Shown here piece after piece: positions 23,141-52,000 of a stretch of DNA of 64,000 bases. The DNA is from Macrostomum lignano. Taxonomy: Eukaryota. The notes below the pieces were generated by a model that was not told where the DNA came from, searched no databases, and saw nothing but the letters and a program-made list of their open reading frames with translations. Where the stretch lies: positions 1 through 64,000 of the forward strand of contig NIVC01001154.1 in NCBI GenBank assembly GCA_002269645.1. The letters run 5' to 3'. Every line of letters starts with the position of its first letter. Position 1 is the first letter of the stretch. The translations under genes and the position numbers were made by a program.

Positions 23141-23518
23141 GATCGCAAAGCAGAGTCACATTTGTCTTGCGATCCCCGGCCGGAGACTGCAAGCGCGCGG
23201 AGATCGCAAAGCAGAGTCACATTTGTCTTGCGATCTCCGGCCGGAGATTGCAAGCGCGCGGAGATTGCAAAGCAGAGTCACATTTGTCTTGCGATCTCCG
23301 GCCGGAGACTGCAAGCGCGCGGAGATCGCAAAGCAGAGTCACATTTGTCTTGCGATCTCCGGCCGGAGACTGCAAGCGCACGGAGATCGCAAAGCAAAGT
23401 CACATTTGTCTTGCGATCTCCGGCCGGAGACTGCAAGCGCACGGAGATCGCAAAGCAGAGTCACATTTGTCTTGCGATCTCCGGCCGGAGACTGCAAGCG
23501 CACGGAGATCGCAAAGCC
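23141..23518. repeat. 61-bp CpG-rich tandem repeat, ~6 copies, each with an internal hairpin
   Basis: GATCGCAAAGCAGAGTCACATTTGTCTTGCGATCTCCGGCCGGAGACTGCAAGCGCGCGGA; GAGATCGCAA/TTGCGATCTC inverted pair and CTCCGGCCGGAG palindrome. Confidence 0.93.
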
Positions 23519-23712
23519 TAACACCGGCCCTCTGCGCACGCCACAGACGCATGGATGGAATGTTTGACCCTCTTTAAAATTCAAAGCTAAGTGACGCGAG
23601 GTTTTGTCTATGGTCGGAACCAAAGAAGGGTTATAAGTGGATCCAGTCATTTGTTTTCATTATTTAGCATTCAGTGTCAATCTTGAATAATCATTCTCAA
23701 GCCTGCAAAAGT

Positions 23713-26700
23713 ATGAGAGCTCAGCGCAATAAATTTCTGCAGCGGCTAGAGAAACGGCTCACCCTGACTGAGCAGCGACAGAACAGCGGCGAAGGCGGCG
23801 GCGGCGGCAACAGCAGCAGCAGCAAGGAGGCCACGTCACAGGCCGTCAGCGCCAGGCCATCCCTGACGCAGTCCATCGATCCGAACCGCATTCCAGACGA
23901 GCCGTGGCTGGAAAATAATTGGGAAATTAATCCCGAAGCCTACGAGAATCTGTGCCGTCTGTATAGTGATTATTTTCACAGAATTCACGGCGGGGTAATA
24001 ATGAAAGATCAAACCAAGAAGGTGCTGATTGATCTGGCTATTTGCCAACTGAACTCCTTTGTTGCTATCGACGCACTGTTGGATAGGAAGCTGCTTTTGG
24101 TGCTGGTGAACAGCCATGTTCAGGTGAGGCAGTGGCAGTGGCCAGTGACATTGGGGCAGTGACATTGGGGCAGTGACATTGGGGTAGTGAAATTGGGATA
24201 GTGAAATTGGGGTAGTGACATTGGGGCAGTGACATTGGGGCAGTTAAATTGGGATAGTGAAATTGGGGTAGTGACATTGGGGCAGTGACATTGGGGCAGT
24301 GAAATTGGGGTAGTGAAATTGAGCCAGTGACATTGGGGCAGTTAAATTGGGGCAGTGAAATTGGGGCAGTTAAATTGGGGTAGTGACATTGGGGCAGTGA
24401 AATTGGGGCAGTGACATTGGGGCAGTGAAATTGGGATAGTGAAATTGGGGTAGTGACATTGGGGCAGTGACATTGGGGCAGTTAAATTGGGGCAGTGAAA
24501 TTGGGGCAGTTAAATTGGGGTAGTGACATTGGGGCAGTGACATTGGGGCAGTGACATTGGGGCAGTGACATTGGGGCAGTGAAATTGGGATAGTGAAATT
24601 GGGGTAGTGACATTGGGGCAGTGACATTGGGGCAGTTAAATTGGGGCAGTGAAATTGGGGCAGTTAAATTGGGGTAGTGACATTGGGGCAGTGACATTGG
24701 GGCAGTGACATTGGGGCAGTGAAATTGGGATAGTGAAATTGGGGTAGTGACATTGGGGCAGTGACATTGGGGCAGTTAAATTGGGGCAGTGAAATTGGGG
24801 CAGTTAAATTGGGGTAGTGACATTGGGGCAGTGAAATTGGGGCAGTTAAATTGGGGTAGTGACATTGGGGCAGTGAAATTGGGGCAGTTAAATTGGGGCA
24901 GTAACTTAGTAACCAAATATTAAATACAATATCCCAGTTAAGATTTATTATTATTAAATTCTCTCTAAAATTGTAATCAATGTTTAGAGAATCGGCACAC
25001 TAAATTTCAATATCTAAACTTTTTTCAGGTCCATTATCTAGTAGTATTTTAAGCGCATAAGTATACACATATGTATTTATTTATTTTTGTACACACAGAG
25101 CAACGACCGGTACATCAGCATCAAGGAGTTCATCCGGCTGATGTTCTTTCTGTCTTACGCCTCCAAAGAGCAGCTGGAGGAGACGGTCTTCAGGATTGTC
25201 AGCGACGGCGAGGACAGAGTTAGCGTTGGCCAGCTGATACAGATGCACTGCTTCCGAATGCAGCGGCCGATGTCCTGCCATCTCATCAATCTGATCAGCG
25301 AGTGTGACAGGTCCGGGTCCGGCCTGCTTGACGTGTACGACTTCAGGTAAGAATTGCTTTATGGCAGTAATTATTGCAGTCCCTGACATCCCTGACGGAG
25401 TCAATATGCAACTGTTAATGCATCACTGAATCTTGTAATCCATGAATCTTGTAATCAATGAATCTTGTAACCACTGAATCTTGTAATCCATGAATCCTGT
25501 AATCAATGAATCTTGTAATCAATGAATCTTGTAATCAATGCATCTTGTAATCAATGCATCTTGTAAATCACTCAATCTTGTAATCCATGAATCTTGTAAT
25601 CAACTAATCTTGTAAATCACTGAATCTTGTAAATCAATGAATCTTGTAATCAATGAATCTTGCAACCACTGAATCTTGTAATCAATGAATCTTGTAATCA
25701 ACTAATCTTGTAAATCACTGAATCTTGTAATCAACTAATCTTGTAAATCACTGAATCTTGTAATCAACTAATCTTGTAAATCACTGAATCTTGTAATCAA
25801 TGAATCTTGTAATCAATGAATCTTGTAAATCACTGAATCTTGTAATCAATGAATCTTGTAATCAACTAATCTTGTAAATCAATGAATCTTGTAATCAATG
25901 AATCTTGCAACCACTGAATCTTGTAATCAATGAATCTTGTAATCAACTAATCTTGTAAATCACTGAATCTTGTAATCAACTAATCTTGTAAATCACTGAA
26001 TCTTGTAATCAACTAATCTTGTAAATCACTGAATCTTGTAATCAATGAATCTTGTAATCAATGAATCTTGTAAATCACTGAATCTTGTAATCAATGAATA
26101 TTGTAATCAACTAATCTTGTAAATCACTGAATCTTGTAATCAACTAATCTTGTAAATCACTGAATCTTGTAATCAATGAATCTTGTAATCAATGAATCTT
26201 GTAAATCACTGAATCTTGTAATCAATGAATCTTGTAATCAATGCATCTTGTAAATCACTGAATCTTGTAATCAATGCATCTTGTAATCACTGAATCTTGT
26301 AATCACTGAATCTTGTAATCAATGAATCTTGTAATCAATGCATCTTGTAAATCACTGAATCTTGTAATCAATGAATCTTGTAACCAATTTATCTTTTAAA
26401 TCAGACATCAGCATCGAGATAATTTGATCTTTCCTTTTTAATCAAAGAACCTTGGTTACTGCAAATCCAGTTCTTTAAGAAAACATTTAGAAGAACCTGA
26501 TCACCCACAGACTGCTCATAGCCAAGCTGCAGCAGATGGAGCAGCTCGAGTGCACGCAGGCCCAGCCTCCGATGGAGCGCGAGCGCGAAAAGATGGACGA
26601 AGCCCTGCTGGAGGCGAGCGACCTGCAGTCCTGGTCCTGGGACATCGCAGTGCCTCATCTTCGCATGAGTTCTCAGCTCAGAAGCCTGGCTCACTGCCGC

Positions 26701-27445
26701 TCTCTACTGGAGCAGCATCCGGCCCTCGGAGAGGCATTGTCCCGGCTGGCCTGGGAGTGTGAGCGGATTCGAGCTTGGGGAGATTCGAGCTTGGGGAGAT
26801 TCGAGTTTGAGAAGATAAGAGTTTGGAAAGATTCGATCGAGCTTGGGGAGATTCGAGTTTGGGGAGATTCGAGCTTGGGAAGATTCCAGCTAGGGAAGAT
26901 TCGAGTTTGGGAAGATTCGAGCTAGGGGAGTTTTTTCGTCTTCGGGAAGATATTCGAGCTTGGGAAGATTCGAGTTTGGGAAGATCTGAGCTTGTGGAGT
27001 TTACACGTAGAGTTCCGGAAGATTCGAGTTCGGGAAGATTCGAGCTCCGGAAGATTCGAGTTCGGGAAGATTCGAGTTCGGGAGGATTCGAGTTCAGGAA
27101 GATTCGAGCTTGGGGAGATTCAAGCTTGTGGAGTTTAGAGTTTGGGAAGAGTCGAGTTTGGGAAGATTTGAGCTTGGGGAGTTTACATGTAGAGTTCAGG
27201 AAGATTCGAGCTTGGGAAGATTCGAGTTTGGGAATATTCGAGCTTGGGGAGATTCAAGCCTTAACATCCGCTTCACAGATCCCGAGATGCTGTCGGCTTC
27301 GTTCGTTAAGAGCGCCATCAAGCACTGCTTCGAGCAGGGGACCCCGCCGCAACAATCAACAGCCTCCAGCAGCGATGACGACCGCGACGACATGCATGAC
27401 GCCGGCGAGGGCCCCCTCGATGGAGAGAATTTTTCTGAAATCTAG
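23713..27445 (+). CDS. Divergent EF-hand protein; exons 23713-24123, 25099-25346, 26511-26758, 27279-27445
   Basis: Canonical GT-AG sites with consistent phases (0,2,1); EF-hand loop CDRSGSGLLDVYDF|RLLIAKL and degenerate loops SNDRYISIKEF and DGEDRVSVGQL. Confidence 0.72.
24130..24903. repeat. 14-bp minisatellite (GGGGCAGTGACATT / GGGGCAGTGAAATT) in EF-hand intron 1
   Basis: Begins about 6 nt after the splice donor. Confidence 0.96.
25420..26385. repeat. 16-17 bp minisatellite (AATCTTGTAATCAATG) in EF-hand intron 2
   Basis: Direct reading. Confidence 0.96.
26765..27258. repeat. ~15-bp degenerate minisatellite (GATTCGAGCTTGGGAA) filling EF-hand intron 3
   Basis: Runs from just after the donor to about 20 nt before the acceptor. 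Confidence 0.93.
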
Positions 27446-27769
27446 TAGCAAAAAATGCGCCGCTAATTTTGTACTACTTCTCATGAGTAGTATGCGTTTT
27501 CTAACGCTTATAACTATAAAAACATGGACAATTATCTATTCAAATCCACCAATAATAGTTGAAAATGCGTTTTCTGGATCTCTGATTGATTGTTCATCTC
27601 TGACGACTCAATCTGAATAAATTGGCTTGGAATACAGCCAAAACACAATAGACCTTTCTAAGAGTATATATATTGCAGATCGTGCTGTACTTTATAGGGA
27701 CTTCAAACTCCCGGGAGTTTTAATGTAATTAATTCTCTTACATTTGTGTAGATTGATTGAGGGGCGATT

Positions 27770-28750
27770 CACTGAGGGAAAGGGTGGCTGGAGGGGCGAT
27801 TCTCTAAGGGAAAGGGTGGCTGGAGGGGCGATTCTCTAAGGGAAAGGGTGACTGGAGGGGCGATTCACTGAGGGAAAGGGTGGCTGGAGGGGCGATTCTC
27901 TAAGGGAAAGGGTGGCTGGAGGGGCGATTCTCTAAGGGAAAGGGTGGCTGGAGGGGCGATTCTCTAAGGGAAAGGGTGGCTGGAGGGGCGATTCTCTAAG
28001 GGAAAGGGTGGCTGGAAGGGCGATTCTCTAAGGGAAAGGGTGACTGGAGGGGCGATTCTCTAAGGGAAAGGGTGACTGGAGGGGCGATTCTCTAAGGGAA
28101 AGGGTGACTGGAGGGGCGATTCTCTAAGGGAAAGGGTGGCTGGAAGGGCGATTCTCTAAGGGAAAGGGTGACTGGAGGGGCGATTCTCTAAGGGAAAGGG
28201 TGGCTGGAAGGGTGATTCTCTAAGGGAAAGGGTGACTGGAGGGGCGATTCTCTAAGGGAAAGGGTGGCTGGAAGGGTGATTCTCTAAGGGAAAGGGTGGC
28301 TGGAAGGGTGATTCTCTAAGGGAAAGGGTGACTGGAGGGGCGATTCTCTAAGGGAAAGGGTGGCTGGAAGGGCGATTCTCTAAGGGAAAGGGTGACTGGA
28401 GGGGCGATTCTCTAAGGGAAAGGGTGGCTGGAAGGGCGATTCTCTAAGGGAAAGGGTGGCTGGAAGGGCGATTCTCTAAGAAAAAGGGTGGCTGGAGGGG
28501 CGATTCTCTAAGGGAAAGGGTGGCTGGAGGGGCGATTCTCTAAGGGAAAGGGTGGATAGAGGGCGATTCTCAAAGGGAAAGGGTGGCTGGAGGGGCGATT
28601 CTCTAAGGGAAAGGGTGGATAGAGGGCGATTCTCTATGGAAAAGGATGGATGAGGGCGATTCTCTAAGGGAAAGGGTGGATAGAGGGCGATTCTCTAAGG
28701 GGAAGGGTGGATAGAGGCAATTCTCTAAGGGAAAGGGTGGATAGAGGGGC
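27770..28750. repeat. 32-bp minisatellite (GAGGGGCGATTCTCTAAGGGAAAGGGTGGCTG)
   Basis: Direct reading. Confidence 0.96.
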
Positions 28751-28992
28751 GAGTCTCAGGCGAGACTACTGATTAAAATAACTGCAACACGAAGGCTGAG
28801 TTCCCATTCTGCACTGCAGATCAAGCAGCATTAGTTTATATTACAGCAAGGCTGATTGCACTCTCTATTCTTTTATTAAAGTGAAACTTACTACTTATTT
28901 AGTAGTAAGTAGCAGAGGCGAGCTGCCAACTTGAAACAAAAATAAATAGCTTACCAATCGAATGAGCGTATAAGAAACAATGGATAACTGCG

Positions 28993-29219
28993 GTAGAAGG
29001 AAGCTACACTCGACTTTCTTAAAAATAAGCTGTAACCTGCAAGCCCGCAAAGAACGAATATCTGCCGTATCACCAGTGCATTAACTGTGAATTAGGTTTT
29101 ACCATAGACAAATTCAGTCGAGAAGAATCTAGACTAAACGCACTGGCGACACGAGAAATATCCCTCCCTTACCGACCTCCAGATCGTTTCTTAGAAAGTC
29201 GAGTGTAGCGACCTTCTAC
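28993..29219. mobile_element. MITE-like element, 227 bp, with 27-bp terminal inverted repeats (25/27 match)
   Basis: GTAGAAGGAAGCTACACTCGACTTTCT (28993-29019) versus reverse complement of 29193-29219; no clear TSD. Confidence 0.55.
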
Positions 29220-29715
29220 TTCAGATCTCCACGAGAGGAGATAACGGCCAGATAAAGGAAGGAACACACGGAATATTTGATACATTTAGTGAGCACAGAA
29301 TCGCACACACAGAATTTGAAAGCCAGACTTGAATACAACAATGCTTAAATAAAAATTCAAGTAAGAGGGGGCCCAACACTTCGAATCCCGTGGGGAAAAG
29401 TTATTTGACAGCCGCTTCGAGATGGATTATCAGATAGACAGATGCAACTGTTTGTACTTTTCAAGCCGTTAGCTTTTCTGCTTAAAGAACACTCCAAATA
29501 AAGTTTTGCCTACTGATAGTAGCATAAAAATACAAACGACACATTTTTACATTCAAACTGGTTAAACAAAGTGAATACAACATACACAGAACGCATCGTG
29601 GGACAAAGTAATCTTAGCAGTTGAGCTTCTTACTTACAAAAATTAGAATAAAAATTAGACCAGATGGTATTCAAAGAGTCTGAGAGCCGATAGAGCTCAC
29701 AGGGAAGATTATTCA

Positions 29716-46827
<17,112 letters not shown>

Positions 46828-47490
46828 AATGTGCAAGCGCTGTAAGAGTAAGATCACGTTCGAAATAGTTATTCTTATGTCGATACAGCAACTTAAATTA
46901 ATGCGGTAAGAAGAAGTTGATAAAATACTCATTTAAACTAATATATAAAGTATAGCGACAGCAAAAAACAATTAAGAGGGTTTTTAGTTAAATAATAGTG
47001 AAATTTTTATATTTTTTATTAACAGCTTTGTCTAAAAATATTGCGCGAAGTTAGTCAAGGTACGAGTTTAAAGGGGTATTTAAAGTAATTAGACCCATGA
47101 CTTACGGCCTTTCAGAAATTTTGATTTTCAAAATCGTTGAAAAAAAATCTAAAACTGAAATTGTAAACTATCTAGCAGGTAACGGAATCTTTACCAAAGC
47201 TGACAACTATATGTACATAGATTTTCGATTCTGTCATTTACAAGCCGTATTTCTGAGTTTCACATAAACGCATGCATTTTTGGTTACATTTAATAACTAT
47301 GACCTTTAGGAAAAATCGATTCAGCTAAACGAGGTTAAACACTTTCCCTTGTAGCCCAATAAAGATTCTGAAGCATGGGCAAAGGCAAAATCGACTGCCC
47401 TACTGACACTAACGAAGAAGGAAATATTCGTAAGCAAGTTAATTTGCTCAGAGTTCTCATCTAACTGTATATTTACAATTGTATTCTATT

Positions 47491-48251
<761 letters not shown>

Positions 48252-49051
48252 TTGGATAAATATCGCTGAATAAAGCTACAGACTCAGACTGCAAACTCGA
48301 TAAAGTAAAAAGAGAATTTTCTGTTTCGTATCAGAACTATATCAGTCCCGTCGCCACTGCGCTCTGCAGTTGAAGGAGTAAGGACTCGAATCGATTATAA
48401 TTGTTTTCATTAAATACTTTTTGTTGCGTGGGGCAGAAGTTTCCTAATATCAACTAAAATTTATTAATCGAAGATTAAAAAAGGTTTCGATCCAGCGCTT
48501 CCCAGCCAGTAGCTGTCTGCTTCGGCTACGGTGAAAGTTTCACGCAAAGTTCCTGAAGTCGCGGGGAAGAAAACGTAGCGCAGCTCTGTGCCGAATAATT
48601 AACAGAGTGGAAAACTGCATAGGCTCAGACAGCTCAATGCAGAATATTTGCAGCTGCGACTCAGCGGGGGAGTTGAGGTTGGGTGGAGGACAAGTGGCGG
48701 CCATAACTTTTCACTACTTTATTGATTCTTTTCGTTCAGTCCCGTCTCCACAGCTCTACCCAAGTGCGCTAGACAAAGCCCCTCTACCAACTACATTATG
48801 GTTGTCTCTTCACTCCAATATCGAAGATCCTGAAAGAGAAAAAGCTATGCGACCAACCAACAACCCCCTCCAGCATGTCTCCGGCAACTCTTTATTAACT
48901 CCCACTTTTGCAAATACTTACATTCGATTCCCTCTACGCCCGTCTCCAGCCCGATCGCTACACATTAGAAAATAATCCATACAGTCGCTGACGGTCGATA
49001 TAATCCCCATTTAAAGCCCGTTAATCCATCCGAGCTATTCGGCTTGCTGAT

Positions 49052-52000
49052 ATGGGCAGCTGTCTTGGAGCCGACAAAGACGAAGAGAAGGTTGGCTTGG
49101 TTGGAAAATCTCGAACAGGTTTGCTGCTTTTTAACTGCTTGATTTTGGTGAAAGGTAACTCCTTTGCTTAACTGGTTTTATACTTTTACTCTGATAGTAA
49201 TAATAGTAATAATAATAATAATAATAATTGATTACACCTGCCAATTGAGCCAGATGTGCAACCGACAGCTCAGCCGCAGCTATTGCGCGGCGCATCTGAA
49301 GGCTGCGTACGGCTGTTCAGTCCAAGGACTGGGGGGGGGGGGTCGCCACACACAGCCTCAATTACCCCAGCTAATGCTGGCACCCATTTTACAGCTTAGT
49401 GAACTGAAGCAATACAAAGTTAAGTGTCTTGCTCAAGGACACAAATTGTTCCAGTAGGATCGGGAATCGAACCCCCGACCTTCAAGTCGCGAGTCCGACA
49501 CTCTAACCACTAGGCTACAACCCCTGGTAGTAAGAAATCTCGATAGACTTGATTCAAGGTTACTGCTATTTACTAATTCGCATATACTCCGGCTGTCCGG
49601 AAAGTCGTGAGAATGTATTTAAAAAACCAGTCAGAAGTATATGCGAATTAGTAAATAGCAGTAACCTTGAATCAAGTCTATCGAGATTTCTTACTACCAG
49701 AGGTTGTGGCCTGGTGGTTGGAGTGTCGGACTCGCGGCTTGGGGGTCGGGGGTTCGATTCCCGATCCTACTGGAAGAAGTACAAATGTATTATTGGCGAA
49801 AGATACGAGAAAGCTAGCAATTAATCTAAAAGTATTTCACAAACTGCAGGTGAGGCCCGCCAATACGACAAGAATTTCAAGGGACCAATCCAGGATCGAT
49901 CCTGCACAGATGTCATCTGCTGCCTCCTGTTCGCGTTCTGCGTTGCCATCCTGCTGCTGTTTGCCGTCATTGGTGAGTCATCGATGCGGGACCACAGGAG
50001 TAAACTAATGGCAATCATGCGGGCAACTTGCCCGTGTTTTTAATATTATTAAAAATTGATTATTTCAGCGTACGCCAGAGGCGACCCCAAGCGGATCATC
50101 TACCCGACTGACTCGGAGGGGAAAATCTGCGGAAAAGATTTGCCGTAAGTATTCGGACCTTACTGTGTGCGCTTCGAGTCAGTCTTCGAGTGACTTCGTG
50201 ACTTTTATGTATTCACGGATTTACAAATGATGAGTTCATGAGCTCACGAGTTCATGAGTTTAGGAGTCCATGAGTTCATGAGTTTTGAGTAAGTTCACAA
50301 GTTCATGAGTGAGTTCACGAGTTTATGAGGGAGTTCACGAGTTTATCAGTGAGTTCACGAGTTCATGAGTGAGTTCACGAGTTCATGAGTGAGTTCACGA
50401 GTTCATGAGTGAGTTCACGAGTTCATGAGTGAGTTCACGAGTTTATGAGTGAGTTTACGAGTTCATGAGTGAGTTCACGAGTTCATGAGTGAGTTCACGA
50501 GTTCATGAGTGAGTTCACGAGTTCATGAGTGAGTTCACGAGTTCATGAGTGAGTTCACGAGTTCATGAGGGAGTTCACGAGTTCATGAGTGAGTTCACGA
50601 GTTCATGAGTGAGTTTACGAGTTCATGAGTGAGTTCACGAGTTCATGAGTGAGTTCACGAGTTCATGAGTGAGTTCACGAGTTCATGAGTGAGTTCACGA
50701 GTTCATGAGTGAGTTCACGAGTTCATGAGTGAGTTCACGAGTTCATGAGTGAGTTCACGAGTTCATGAGTGAGTTCCCGAGTTTATGAGTGAGTTCACGA
50801 GTTCATGAGTGAGTCCACGAGTTCATGAGTGAGTCCATGAGTTTTTAAGCGAGCCCATGAGTTCAAAAGTGTCCACCAAGCTCCAAACCTCCCCGTCTGA
50901 ACTCCAGCGACCGAACCAAGCTCGCCTACTTCGACTTCACCGTGTGCGCCCGCATGGGCATCGCCGTCCTGCAGCTGGGCTGTCCGACTCCGCAGGTGTG
51001 CGTGTCCGAGTGCCCGTCAGCCTGGTGGAGTTGGCTGACCGCACAGACTCACGAGACGGCCATCGGCCGGGTGTCGGCTGAGCAGCGGCGGCCCATGGTG
51101 TGCCTGCGCGGCAGGAACGGCCTGCACCCGGAGTACGTCGGTCGAAGCATCAAATCGCTGGTTGACGACGGCCTGTGCGCCCCGTTCACGATGCCCACAA
51201 TCGACTTGATGGGCCGGTGCATGCCGAAGCTACTGGAAGACATCGGCGGTAAGATTGTGGACAGTCTGGGCTCGGTGCCCTCCAACATCACGGCCGGGAA
51301 CAACCAGACGGTTGGCACAGGCGAACTCCGCTCAGGCACTGCCGTCATGTCCAAATTCGTCAAGGTGTACGGCTTCCTGCAGTCAGTGTTCCAGGATGTG
51401 GTCAAGACCTGGCCCTACATACTGACTGGCTTCATTCTGGCTGTGCTCCTGTCGCTGCTGTGGGTGCTGCTGCTCCGGTTTGTAGCCAGGATCATGGTCA
51501 TCACCGCGATCGTGGGTTTCGTATTCGTCTTCGTCTTCCTGGTCATATTCACGTTCTACAAGTACGCCGTATTGAAGAAGGAAACTAAAGATATTGAGGA
51601 AAAGTTCAAATTGACATCGGATATTGGCTATTACAGTCAGCTGTCCACCACCTGGCTGATCATTGGGATTGTCTCCGCTGCCATCTTGGTCATCGTCATA
51701 GTCCTGCTGATCTGGCTGCGGGAGCGAATCAGCATCGCCATTGCGATCATCTCCGAGACCAGCAAGTGCATCGCTCACATGATGACCACTTTGCTGTTTC
51801 CTATTGTACCATTCCTGCTGCAGCTGCTGGTGCTGGTGTTCTGCGTGGTCACCTCGCTCTACATTGGCAGCATGGGCAAGCCGGAGATGCGGTCGGCCGT
51901 CAACCAGACTGCCATCGACAGCCTCAACACCAGCGGAATGAGCGAGGCCGAGGCCAAGGCCAAGATTGACTCAGTGCTCAACCAGCTGACGCCCTGCAAT

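Noticed and set aside
19550-23518. CRISPR-like appearance of the 22-bp and hairpin 61-bp repeats
   Set aside because: Units are contiguous with no unique spacers, no cas genes, eukaryotic context.
26533-26762. Alternative acceptors or frames for EF-hand exon 3
   Set aside because: The acceptor at 26510 is preferred because it completes the EF-hand exit helix (DFRLLIAKL) and keeps phase with exon 4; an in-phase acceptor near 26680 cannot be excluded without RNA data.
49455-49770. Two tRNA genes in inverted orientation
   Set aside because: A and B boxes are present but the anticodon and acceptor stems pair poorly and the left copy continues into a SINE body; these are SINE heads.
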